From NCBI GenBank assembly GCA_010015585.1, contig ML975155.1: 64,000 bases of DNA. One strand, given 5' to 3'. A program made the position numbers and the translations under genes. Positions 1 to 11,714 of this stretch are shown piece after piece (the first letter of the stretch is position 1; every line of letters begins with the position of its first letter). This DNA is from Eremomyces bilateralis CBS 781.70. Taxonomy: Eukaryota. The notes beneath the pieces were generated by a model. That model searched no databases and was not told the DNA's origin. It saw only the letters and a program-made list of their open reading frames with translations.

Positions 1-7
1 CTTCATT

Positions 8-1065
8 ATGAAGCGCTCCCTTTTTGGAGACGCCCTTTCTTCTCTCCTCGCTCTCCTCCCCGTCTCGACTCCCTCCCCTCAGCCGATTCCAACGCTACCT
101 CCCGTCCTTGCAGTGCCGACCTCCCCTCCCTCCGCCGCCGACCCTAGCCGCCTCTGCAATGGCCAGTCCAGTTACTGCTCGCGCAAATACACCGAGATCG
201 CCTTCATCGGTGCACACGACTCGCCCTTCGTCGGCATATTGCCCACGCAGAACCAAGGCCTGGAGGTGACGGAGCAGCTAGATAAGGGGGTGCGGTACCT
301 ACAGGGGCAAACGCAGACGGACGGGGGAACGTTGAATCTGTGCCACACGGCGTGTGCATTGGAAGATGCGGGGCCCATAGAAGACTATTTGCACACGGTG
401 AAGGCATTCTTGGAAGGGAACCCCGGTGAGGTGGTCACGCTGTTGTTTGTGAATGGAGACCGAACCCCCATTGAGGAGTGGAAAGCAGCGTTCGAGGAGA
501 CGGGAATTCACGAGTATGCATATGCACCAGAGAAAAAGCCATTGCCGATGGGCGAGTGGCCGACATTGGGGGAGATGATTGATATGGGGAAGAGATTGGT
601 GGTCTTCCTCGGTATAGCTTCTCCCTAACCGGGTCTCTCCGATTTTATATCCCCCAATTACCCAAACTAATAAGGAATCCTTCTCAAGACACCGGCGCCG
701 ATCAATCCAAAGTCCCCTACCTCATCGACGAATTCTCCCACTACTTCGAAACCCCCTTCGGCGTCACCGACCCCAGCTTCCCGGACTGCTCACTCGACCG
801 CCCTAAGAGCGACCGCCCGTCGGAAACCGCGTCGTCACGCATGTACATCGTCAACCACTTTTTGAACGTCGAGCTGCTCCCGGGCTTGAAGGTCCCGGAC
901 CGGATGAAGGCACCGCAGACGAACGCCGCGGAGGGGAATGGCGGGGTGTTGAAGCAGGTGGGGATCTGTCAGACGAATTGGGAGAGGAGGCCGAATGTGG
1001 TGTTGTTGGATTATGTTGAGTTCGCGGACGTGAAGGAGTTAGAGAGGATATTGAATCGTCCTTGA
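8..1065 (+). CDS. PLC-like phosphodiesterase (PI-PLC X-box family), 2 exons (intron ~612-688)
   Basis: CNG..YCSRKY..IAFIGAHDSPF, LDKGVRYLQGQT, LCHTAC..EDAG, WPTLGEMI and NHFL motifs. A GTATAG..CTAA..AAG intron joins ORF 8-628 to the frame ending at 1065. Confidence 0.85.
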
Positions 1066-1684
1066 AGTATCTTTTTACTTTTTAGGCTCCTCGTGGTTGG
1101 AATAGTGACGGGAAGCTGGAATGAAAAGCCATGGCGCATTCATAGCCTGCTATCGATATTATCTTATTGTCTATTGACATTTACCTGCGGGAATAAGGCT
1201 CACGCATAGGCGACAAATATTACACGATTGTATCATACATTGTTATGCCAAACGCTCGCATGAATGCACTGTTCACACCACCCAACGTCCCAACCTGCAC
1301 CACAACTCCTCTCCATACATTTTCCCGCTCTTCAACTTCTCGAACCCTCTGACAACGCCCTCTTCGGTGCATTCAATCCATGCCTAGGCACCAGGAGTTG
1401 ATAGGTAAATAGGACTCTCCTGAACCAAGTCAGAAACGGGACTGTTCGACACCATCCACGTGATCACATCAGGTGACAGCGCGCTAGACTGGAAATCTGT
1501 CATGTGCGCTAGACCCAAACAGGTTGACCCCATAACATCCTCCCCCGACTTGAACGGTTCCATGCCGAATCTCAAATTCGTTATGTTAACCTACCTGTAT
1601 TATTACCTCGTGAACTCCTGCGCGATCCCGTCAGACCATCTTGAGTTCCCCTAGTCGCCGCGCCGCCCAGGCAGGTCAATCATC

Positions 1685-3448
1685 ATGCCGCGTCCGAAAC
1701 GAAAGAAAGTAGTATCGGCAGACGCGGTCAAGACGACGCGTGTGACGCGCAATCAATCCCTCCCCTCCGCCGATCACCAAGGTGCTGTGGCAAAACCGGC
1801 CACAAAGAGAGGCGCAACGAAGCAGAAGACATCTCCACGAACTGAAGATGCCTTGGACAACTTGACAATGGCTGGCGGTTTACCCACGAACTCGGCTTCA
1901 AGTGGGGGTGTGGGGAGCGGCCATGAAGAAGGTCATGCGCCAGGTCGTGGGCCACCAAAAGCAACCGGAAATAGAGGACTCGGTGAACCAAAAAAGAGAC
2001 GGGAGTCCTCTCGCAAGGTCTCGAAACCGATTGATCAACGACGCAAGCTCTCCACCACCGCCCGAGCAGCCCTCGAGACCATGACGGAGCCGAGCGCTGT
2101 TGTAAACCCCAAGCGACCTGCAGATAGCCCGCAGACAATTGTACCCGCGCAGAAAAGTACACCCGAGCGTGAAAGGTTGTCCTCACCTGGATTATACAGC
2201 CTTAGTTCAGAAGGAGAGGCGGCGCAAGCGAAGCTGGAAGCAGATCTGCGACGACGGAGCGGGCTTCAAGGGGCTCGCATACCAGGGTCGACGCTTAAAG
2301 TCCAGAGCACTCCTGGCGTAGAGAAGTCAATACATGCGCTAACGAATTTTCGCCGACGGCCACGGCAGCCTAGCTTCTTGCGGATGGTACAGCAACACGG
2401 AGATTCTGGCATGTCTGATATTGATGGACTGGAGCCGGACGATGAGTCAACTCCCCTGCAGTTCGGTCGCAGACAGGGTAGAAGTTCGCTCGAATCTGGG
2501 GAGAGCATGCTAGGCTCGCTTAGGTCAGAGGATTTGCGCTCGTCGGCATCAAGAAAGCGGAAGAGACCTTCGGATGAGGTTCAAGTACCTAGATCATCGC
2601 CTACGCCCCGTTCTTCCGCGAGCAATCAGGATCTACTGTCGAGCCCCCCTGTTTCCCAAGGAAGGATGGACAGAGTACCAGATACTCAAGAGCAGCAAGC
2701 CGACGCGCAGTCGTCCCTCTTATCCGAACCATTCAGCGAGACGAACGCTCCACCCCTCTGCTCGAGCTCAACGCAGACGCCAGTCAACTCACCTACCCGC
2801 CCTAAAATCACCCCCGCAAACACTCGAAAGTCCACAAGACCTCAAAACCCATCTTTCAGCACCGCTAAATTGCAGAGTCTACTCCCTCAGCGTCGCCAAC
2901 ATCTAGGTCGGAAGGCAAAAAATACTGCGTTCGACATCCGAAGTGATTCCGAAGAGGGGAGTGGAAGGGAAGAATCGCCAGACGAGTTGGCGCGGTCGAA
3001 GAGTCGTCCGAGGAAGAAGCAAGTCGGTAACCAGGCAGCTCAACCAAAGGCGACATCAGGGCGCGTGAATACGAAGTCCAAATCTCGATCTCGTGGACTC
3101 ACTGAGTCTCCAGCGGTGAACAAAAAGTCAAAACCAGCTCGTGTATCCGTAGCAGCAGAAAAACGAATCTATGGTCGCCGCCAGAGCCAAGCCGATTCCG
3201 AGAAAGAGAACGATATCACATACATCTCTTCCAACGATACCTCCTCGACATCCGAAGCCGAAGACGTCTCCATCCCTACGGGCCGTAGGACGGGCAAATC
3301 TGCGGAGAAGCAAGCAATAGATAGAGACTTGTCAAAGAGCAAGTCGTTGCTGGCCGCGGCTGCGAAGTTTGCTGAGGTGGACCAATGGGATATGGAGTTT
3401 GAGAGTATGAGTCAGGAGACAGGTCGAGGATCGAGTCCATGGCGATGA
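1685..3448 (+). CDS. hypothetical low-complexity, probably nuclear protein (587 aa)
   Basis: Long single ORF rich in S/R/K, with NLS-like PRPKRKK and RKRKR, and a conserved-looking C-terminus AAAKFAEVDQWDMEFE. Confidence 0.75.
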   Translation: MPRPKRKKVVSADAVKTTRVTRNQSLPSADHQGAVAKPATKRGATKQKTSPRTEDALDNLTMAGGLPTNSASSGGVGSGHEEGHAPGRGPPKATGNRGLGEPKKRRESSRKVSKPIDQRRKLSTTARAALETMTEPSAVVNPKRPADSPQTIVPAQKSTPERERLSSPGLYSLSSEGEAAQAKLEADLRRRSGLQGARIPGSTLKVQSTPGVEKSIHALTNFRRRPRQPSFLRMVQQHGDSGMSDIDGLEPDDESTPLQFGRRQGRSSLESGESMLGSLRSEDLRSSASRKRKRPSDEVQVPRSSPTPRSSASNQDLLSSPPVSQGRMDRVPDTQEQQADAQSSLLSEPFSETNAPPLCSSSTQTPVNSPTRPKITPANTRKSTRPQNPSFSTAKLQSLLPQRRQHLGRKAKNTAFDIRSDSEEGSGREESPDELARSKSRPRKKQVGNQAAQPKATSGRVNTKSKSRSRGLTESPAVNKKSKPARVSVAAEKRIYGRRQSQADSEKENDITYISSNDTSSTSEAEDVSIPTGRRTGKSAEKQAIDRDLSKSKSLLAAAAKFAEVDQWDMEFESMSQETGRGSSPWR

Positions 3449-5079
3449 TTTGGGCGCTAGGGTTCCGCATAGCGATGCAATGTGGTGGTCCATTTGTATT
3501 TGAAAGCGCTGGCAAGAACGAATTCTAAGTCTTGCGACTGTACACATCGTGGGTTATGGCGTACGGACGGTTCTGCTGATGACGAGCATACGAGCGGGAG
3601 AGCGATTAGCGTGGTTGTCCATTTCATGAATACTATTACGAAAACCAAATAAGCACCAAAACTCGTTTGTTTGCAATGGGTTACAAAGATGCCGAACACT
3701 TTTCTTTCGAGCAAGTTCAGGATTGAACCGCCGAGTTTCCGCTTCCCCCTCCTGCTACTCAGGGCCAAAAAAAGACATTTTTCTCTGTCTGGATGGTGTG
3801 GGCACGAACAACCGTGATATTCTTATCGCCAAGCTGGTTAGCGGGAGTAGTACGCGTGCTTTTATGGTCACTAGTTTAGTTGATGATTGCCACAAGGTAG
3901 ATGGAAGCTCTGAGGTACCGATACACCTGAAGCAGCAATGCGTTCGACTTGCGTTCTGTGGTGAGTAACACAGGAAGGAAGATATTAGAAGAGGAAGTCG
4001 GAGGAAGAGGAAGAGAAAGTGGGGAGGAAGAATGAGGAAGAGGGAGTAAAATTGAAGAGCTTTACACCTAGCTAAGTGGAGTGAATGTGATGATGATGGA
4101 GGGAGTAATAATCATTTTAATAATGATGAGGATAACATGAAGGGACTGATGATGATAAAACCCACATGCAGGCAGAAATCCAACTCAGACACTTGATCAG
4201 ATCTAATCTTGATCAGGCACCAACTCCAGTAAACAGATCTTGAAGCATTTGAGGAATCGATAGACTGGAAGCATACGGTACCCCGGCGTTTCTTGAAAAC
4301 TATTCACATTGCCTCGAGTAACTAGATCTTCCCTTACCTAGAAGTACCGCGCAGCAGATCCCATATGGTCTTCCAATGCAATCTTTCGTCAGCCGGGAGT
4401 GTGCACTGACCTCTCTGTGCCGTCATTGACCATTACCATCCGACCTGGATACACCAACGCATCAAGGTTTGGCAATCATGGTGGGCAAGCAGGCCATACA
4501 TCGTGATCGATCTAGCTCTTCAGGTCCAGGCGGATTCGGTCCTGAACGCTCCTGTGTTGCCTTTTTCTCGCGCAAAATGGCACACTCCCTTCTCCATGCT
4601 TTGCTGATCACTTCGAAGTCAGTCGTACAGTTCTGAGCTCTTGTGTTGCAGTTTCCGCAGGCACAAATGAATTCTCCGTCCTCCATGCTTCTGTTGGCGA
4701 TTTCTATCGCAGATGTACCGTTCATATTGCGTCCTATCTCATAATGGTTACTGTAGACACCTGTATCCTGTACCTGGAAGGCCCGGGCATCATATATGCA
4801 ATCCATGTGTTCCTCAGGTCGATGTTTGATGTGGTTATTCCGTACGCCTTCATAGATCGAAGACTGGAGATGTGTCGTTTCCAATAACTGGCTCTAATAA
4901 TTGGCTCTGGCTACTTACTTCTTATGCCTGAGGCACCCACTACCCCTGAATTTTCGTCCCCCAACACACGCCACATCCGCCACTCAGCCATGGCAATCCA
5001 AAAAACATAGATTTCATCCACCCTAAGCCTCCAAAAAAATCAGCTGCAAGGAGAATTGATCCCAGAGCCTTGGAAAATA

Positions 5080-5184
5080 AAAAAAACTGTAGACTCTTCT
5101 TGCGTAACATGTGTCATCCTTAGTGCAGGGGCCATGCTAATCTTCTCTGTATCGTTTCAAATTGACCAAATGCCCGAAGGCAAC
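5080..5184 (-). ncRNA. U6: U6 spliceosomal snRNA (intronless)
   Basis: Minus strand reads GTTGCCTTCGGGCATTTGGTCAATTTGAAACGATACAGAGAAGATTAGCATGGCCCCTGCACTAAGGATGACAC...CAGTTTTTTTT. This gives a 5' UUCG stem-loop, the ACAGAGA box, the AGC triad/ISL and an oligo-T terminator. Confidence 0.95.
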
Positions 5185-5199
5185 TTAATTTGAAGTTTT

Positions 5200-5216
5200 T
5201 AAAAATATATATTAAT
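5200..5216 (-). promoter_or_regulatory. TATA-like element of U6 gene
   Basis: ATTAATATATATTTTTA lies about 16-32 nt upstream of the U6 5' end. Confidence 0.55.
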
Positions 5217-5386
5217 CTTTTCCACCATACAACTAAGACAGAAAGGCATGAAAGTGCCGAGCCAACCGTTCGACCTCACAGAAACATGGTAACTGATGGT
5301 GCTACAGCTCGAACTTCAACACAAACATCGCAACATGAAGTTCGTCACTGAAACCGAACACTAGGAATATTAGTGCTCAACTCGAA

Positions 5387-5687
5387 TTTTTTATTTTTTA
5401 TTTTTTATTTTTATTAATATGTACTACATCACTTGAGTTCAGAAAAGTCTTCCTATCTATCTGTGTCAAACTTGTTGTACATACATCTGGGGGAAAGCCT
5501 CTTGCGGTGACAAAGCCCCAAAGGATAATAGATAACATTGACCGGATTCCATCCTTGAGCCTATCGTTATTTCCCTTTTCCTCCTATTGTTCGGCGGTCT
5601 CACCACTCCCTTAGGAGGGTAAGGGTTGAAACTCTGCCCTCATTTATTTTACTAATTATGCAGCATAACGGAGTATTCTGAAGGTCC
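5387..5687 (-). mobile_element. possible 5'-truncated non-LTR retroelement/SINE remnant with (TAAAAAA)n tail
   Basis: A-rich repeat tail on the minus strand at ~5387-5415. Near-identical flanks CAACTCGAA (5378-5386) and CAATTCGAA (5688-5696). Confidence 0.35.
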
Positions 5688-6882
5688 CAATTCGAACCCT
5701 CACTAGAATAAATTGCCATATTTTAAAGATTCTGTGATATGCTTCTGCCTTCAGGGCCATCAATTCTTCCCCCAGATCACAGATGGAGCATCGTCCATCG
5801 AAATATCCGGTCGACACGGCGCAGGAATTGTCTCAAATCTCGCCGCGAAGCGCGTCGACCTCAATCTTCCGCTTTGCCCAGGGAGTACCGGATACGAGCT
5901 GTGGCTTGAAGCTGAATATTTCCAGAGAAGTTAGGAATTAGGACACACACACCTGTTTCACATCGACAATAATCCAGTTCTCTCCATCCAACAAATATTC
6001 TCGCATTTCTCTGGTTAATTTTCCTTTCCAAAACTTCCCGTTTTCCTAATCGAGTCCTAACGCTACCAACCCCTGCTGCGGTCCGCGCCTTTCATGTCTG
6101 AATCCTGCACCGCCTCCGGCCCACCCTCACGCGAAATATCGTCCCGCACCGCCTGATTCGGTCGAAACGCGCCACAAGGGCAGGGGTGCGCGCCTTGATC
6201 GTCCGTATTGGATGCCCAAGCCACCACCCGCCTTATAGGCTTGATGATATGGGCGAGACGTCGGGATGGGAAGGGGTCTGGTGAGCGGAGGCTTGCGTCA
6301 TGGGGACACGCAGATCTGCGCTGAGGATCGCGTGTAGTGACCAGCATCTTGGTGGGGACGGAGGCGTTGGGAATTGTGGCTGTTTGATGGTGCTTTAGGG
6401 CGCGGGGCGTAGAAAGGGGGGAAATTCGGTGGCGATGAAGCCTAAAGGGCGGAGGGCGGGGTGGAGGGCGACTATGGCGGGGGACCAGAAATGTCAGGAC
6501 TGTATTTTGTAGAGGGAAATTTCACAGGAAAACCGGATGTTCAGGGTATCAATCGAATTTGGATTGAAATCAGCTATCTAGTTTTCATGGGAGATCTAAG
6601 GACCTTCAACCAAAGGCAACGTAACCTATCGTGCAAGTATGCGAGCGACCAGAGCGGATCTGTAAATCATGCATGTATGTACTTCGCAATGTCCCGTGGC
6701 AGAAATCTGCCGAACGACGTTCAATCTCTTGACCAAGCAAGTAAGAACTGAGACTAGAATATCCAAGCGTTTTTTCGCGTCATGGGGATGTGATTCTGTG
6801 ATGCTGAGCCCCGCCTGAACCATTCACGTCGTGAACGGAGCAACGGAGCAACGTATTTCTTTCCTGATTTCCTCAGCGCACT

Positions 6883-7653
6883 TCAATTCCAGAATACTGA
6901 ATGCCGATGGGGATGCCGCCCTGCCCGCGGTTCCCGTAACTCCACTCGGTATGGCAGCTGCTGTTCCTTTCGCTCCCGCTCTTGACGAGCGCGCATATCT
7001 GCTTCGTATAGCGAGCCACGGTTGCTTGGTTTGATGACTGGGGTGGCTTCTTCGGTAGTCTCCCGTTCATGCCGTGGCCATTCAACAATTTCCGGCTCGG
7101 CGGTGACGGTGTGATATGATTTGGAGTGCTTGGTGTGGTGGATGACCGGTTCCTTGACCGCGTGCTTCTCTTTTCTCGGCGATGTATGCGCCTTCTCAAA
7201 GGCGACGAACTTCTCGCGATGTCGCATGCTGCGCTCGATGGCCTTGAGGAGACCAAGAGCGTTCTCGAATCCCCGCGGGATCTCGACCCACACGTCCGCA
7301 TACCCACCGTCAACCTTTTCGGATTGCTCGGTGCGGCTGGCACTGCGGATGTGGCCGTCATGGCCCTGGGTTAAGTAAAGGGAGAGGTTTTGCGCGAGGA
7401 GGTGGCCCTCGGAGCATAACCGGTCCTTACGCTTCTGTACAGCGTAAGGGTTGTAGCAGCGAGTGCAAGTTCGCGCGTGCGATTCGAAGTAGTAGAGAGC
7501 CCAATGCTCCTCGTTGGTCAGTGGGCGTGCGATGGTGCTCACCACTGCATCGGCGAAGCGAGGCTTGGGTGAAGATGGGGAAGATTTGTCCGAGGACTGG
7601 GACGAGGAAATGCCCAGTCCCTGAGCAGTGCTAAGGCGTCGGAAGGACCCCAT
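6883..7653 (-). CDS. hypothetical fungal protein with Cys/His motif (256 aa)
   Basis: Clean ORF with typical coding bias; motif EHWALYYFESHARTCTRCYNPY...LCSEGH. Confidence 0.75.
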   Translation of the reverse strand: MGSFRRLSTAQGLGISSSQSSDKSSPSSPKPRFADAVVSTIARPLTNEEHWALYYFESHARTCTRCYNPYAVQKRKDRLCSEGHLLAQNLSLYLTQGHDGHIRSASRTEQSEKVDGGYADVWVEIPRGFENALGLLKAIERSMRHREKFVAFEKAHTSPRKEKHAVKEPVIHHTKHSKSYHTVTAEPEIVEWPRHERETTEEATPVIKPSNRGSLYEADMRARQERERKEQQLPYRVELREPRAGRHPHRHSVFWN

Positions 7654-10508
7654 TGTGAAGGTATAGGAAGACAGTGAGGTTTGATCAGGTAGGATATTGT
7701 GTAGACAGACTCGAGTGATGAATAGTGTTTAAGGATTGAACTTGGACTGGAGGATGGGAAGAGCAGCTTATATGGTTGGACAATTGTGAACAGGAGTATA
7801 AGAAGGAGAGAGAGAAACAGAGAAGTGGTGGAATATATCTTTACCTTTGACACCGGATGGATGCCTGCAAATCCTGGTCGAATTGCAAGGTCGAATTGCA
7901 AGGATGGATGACTGGCAGGGAATTGGAGCTAAATGGGTGATGCATTTGATGCAAAGCCACCACCACCCACCGAAACCCCCCACACAACTGGGCTGGGTTC
8001 TGGAGTAGCACCATGGAACACGCCAAAAGCCCAAAGCCCATCTCGGGAATAGGTATTTACGGAGTACGGAGTAGTGTAGACCATAGTATTTCGCGAAGGA
8101 GTCAAGGCGCGACTTGAAAATCATTCCGAATTGAACTTACCGCTTGCATCGCGGTCTCGGCGACCATTGTTGGATCGGATCATGAGGTCAAGGAGTCAGA
8201 GTGTCCGACCCAGACGCGAGTCCAAAAATGCATCGAATGGGCGGCTTCTGAAGCGGGCGGGTAGGAACGGACGGGAGTCTGGACGCTGGATGCGGTTGCA
8301 AACAGTCCGATAGGGATTGCAAAGTTGGTGACTGGTGGGTGGTAAGATGGAGAATTGGAGAGTGGATGATGGATGATGGATGGAGGAGGTCGAGACTGGG
8401 AGAGTGGGAGCGGACACTAGCCAATGGTGGGCAGTCACCAGGCACCAAGGGCCTCAAGGCAGCAGCAGCTAAATCCTTTGACCGGAACTAGATGAAGGGG
8501 ATGAACATCATGATGAGTCGGCAGTGCAGCGGTTGCTCTGGCTTATTCCTGTTTCCCGATTTCTTGCTGCTTGGTTAAGACCGTAATATTGATTTCTTCC
8601 ATTGGATCAGCGGCCAGATGACTGGTCGGATCGTTTTCCTAGCTTGGTTTCCGAGCAAGAAATCCAAACCCCCCTCCGTATCTTCACCCATAGTCCATGC
8701 CCATTTTAGTCGGTCCAGCTGGACGCCCTGATCGGACATTTACACTGTCACCCGCTTCGTCATTTCATGATCAGGGCGTCCGACCCGCTGGCCGGTGGCT
8801 ATAGAGAGGTGACGCAATTGTGGGGGCCAGCTTTCACGATCTGGACTGCCTCGACGACGGTGCCGCTCATTTCTAACCTCTGGTAAACAAACCGTTTCGA
8901 GACTCTTGTTGGAAATTGATAGTCCATGCATGAGGGAACGTTGGACACCTCCGCCTGATCAATCTCCCGTCAGGCATCTCTAGCCTACATAGTGGACTGC
9001 TGTGTTCATTCTCCATTCTAATCACTGACCACACGATATTTCGGTCTGTATCACCCACGTTCCGCGCGGTTCGAGCCGGCCATCCGTGTCAAAACGTATC
9101 GTGTACGGCGGCAATGTTTCGAATTCCCGACCGGTTGACCCCAGGCCGTTACCAACCGATCCACCTCCACCTCCACCCACATCGAACCCTTCCAAACATG
9201 ATTGGGTTATGTTGAGGAGACCCAAATCATCCTCCGGAAACAATATTGTTATACATAGCACTGGAATGTTTCCATGATTTCAGCCATCTCTCGAAATATC
9301 CACATTCGATGAAAATCGGAACATTTCCTGTGTCGCAATGGTGCGTAGCATGAGGGGTTGACCCTCGAAACACGCTGATCATCTCGCTGAAGTCTGAACT
9401 TTGAACCAACAAACCGTGATACCAATTCTGTACATACCCGCTCCGTCCCACATGTGTGATGGCGAACAGCTCCCATGAATCAGGCAGAACTGATAGTCAG
9501 TTCATTACAGTGGTTGTGTGTTTTGCGGTTCTGAGACGGCATGGTGGCACGATCCGTTACATCCTCATGGCCCAACAGCAGCGCTACTCGGAACAGGCAA
9601 CGATTAATCATTGTTTTCTGGGATCCAGCCCCCTCAGCTCGTTCATTCACCCCGTGCATTGGTCCCTGACGGGTGAGGTAAAGTGATCTCGAGGGATGCG
9701 AATATCCGGACTATGGAATTGCTATCATGGTTCCAGTTCAGACACACAGTTCCCGGTATGACTCGCTATGGTGGCATCTGACGAAGCCCTTGGCGGACTA
9801 GACATCATTGATCTGTCTGCTTGACCCAACGGAACTATGTACAGTGTGTGGCAACTCGTCGCAAACCAGGTGATATGGGGCCGCGATATTCCTCAACACC
9901 CCAGTCCAGGATTGAACCCTCCACCCCGCCTGACACTCATGGACTCCTCACGGTTAGAACGGTTACAGTCAGTCATGTATTATTTCATAGTCCAAGCGAT
10001 ATTTACTCGATTGCCTGAAACACCAAGCTCTGCCTGGATGCAGTCATGCAAGTCTGACTGTTGCCTTCGGCCGGAACCTGGCAAGTGCTGCATAAACCCA
10101 CTTCGCTTCGGTATCTCCTGTTCATACATGCATTAGTTCCACCCACGGATCTCCCCAGGCGTCCTGCTTTGGTTCCCGGAGAAGGCGTATCCGAATGTGA
10201 GGAGCGGAAACAGTCATCAGGATTGGATGTCTCTTGAGAGGCCCGGCTGTGATATCCGATGTGGTTTGGATCGGCGATGGTACAGGGGTTATTATACAAT
10301 GATTTACACACGAATTGAACACCGTCATTCGGCAATCGAGCCACAATTCTCATCTCCAGTCATAGCTCTCCATGGTTCATCGCGCCATGGGAGTTATCGT
10401 AGTTCATCAGCATCGTTGAGTCAATGCCTCACGACACATTGAGAGTCTCCAAGCGTTCCGAATCGGGTTCCCCAAAGCATCGCCCCTTTCCTCGATGAAT
10501 CTGCGTCC

Positions 10509-11344
10509 TCAAATCTTCCCACACTTCTCCAACGCCCGTAGCTCGCGCACCAAACACTCCCGCAAAAATGGACTCAATCCCAACCTGTAGAGCATCAGCA
10601 CCACCCCAAGCAACCCACACTCAGAGCACTCACACGCCCTCGTTTGTCACCACCCGATACGTCCCACTCTCCTGATACTCCCCCCCCTCCCCCACAAACC
10701 GCCCCTCTCCATCCACCTGCAAACTCCCAAAGATATCCTCCGGCCACGCGATCCGCCCCCAATCCGGCGGCTTCCGCTCGTCGCTCACGTGGATCCACCC
10801 ACCCATCTTCCCGCCCCCCGCACCACCCTGCCTACTCGCCCCGCCCGCTCCGTCACCCCCCGCCTTGATCCCCGGGCTCCGCGGCTCCGCGGTCCGCCGC
10901 GACCGGTTCGCGGGATGGTTGCTGGGCAGGGTAGTACTGCCACCGAAGCCGAAGCTGGAGCCGCCCGGGCCGGCGAAGACCTGGGCTTGGGATTGGATGC
11001 GAGGATCGTGGATGGCGTGGGTGCGGATGACGGCATGGAGGAGGCGGAGGAAGGTGGGATTTTCGCGGAAGGTGGAGGGGGAGGGGGGGATGGAGGGGGA
11101 GAAGCCGATGGCGAGGGAGCGGGTTGGGGGGTCGGTAGGGAGGAGGGTGAGGAGGTGGCCGGAGGTCGGGGGGTCGGGGAAGGTGTACTTCGGGATAGGA
11201 TTAGTCTAGAGGATCTAGTTTAGACAAAAGATTGGAGAAGGAGCGTACGATGTGTGGATTATTTGGGAGGGTGGAGAGGGCGCGTTGGGGTTGTATTGAG
11301 CGGAATGCGCCAATTGGTCTTGATGCTCGGAGACACTGCATCAT
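10509..11344 (-). CDS. hypothetical protein, 3 exons (11344-11249, 11187-10634, 10584-10509), possible mitochondrial presequence
   Basis: Manual splicing over GTACGC..CTAAT..AAG and GTGAGT..CTGAT..CAG introns gives MMQCLRASRPIGAFRSIQPQRALSTLPNNPHIYTFP...GGWIHVSDERKPPDWGRIAWPEDIFGSLQVD...YQESGTYRVVTNEGVLGLSPFLRECLVRELR. The ORF track does not contain it. Confidence 0.8.
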
Positions 11345-11714
11345 GGACCTTATATATAAAGGGTTCTATATACCTGTCGATGATGTTGGATCCATAGTTG
11401 ATTGAAGTTGATAAATGATGGTGCAAAGCTGTCTGAACTCTTAAGGTTTGAGATTCAACGACACGACCCAGGGTCCAAGCCCACAGAATGCGCCGTGCCT
11501 GGACATCCGATTTATACCACAACACTCACGAAGTATTGGGATGCAAAATAATTATGTCAATGTGGATTTCTTGGATGGACTCTGTAAGCCATGCTTACGA
11601 TATCGATAAGATTTTGGGTAAGTCTCTGTCTGGACCAGAAACAAGCTCATCTTTGTTCAGGGGATGGCTATATGGCGGTATTGCAGCAAGAATATATATG
11701 TGCAAGTATGGTAT

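Noticed and set aside
6419..6432. GGGAAATTCGGTGG resembling RNase P RNA conserved region I
   Set aside because: No matching CR-V/P4 partner or P1 helix was found nearby; likely a chance match.
7876..7903. 13-bp tandem duplication GGTCGAATTGCAA x2
   Set aside because: Ordinary slippage duplication; no further support.
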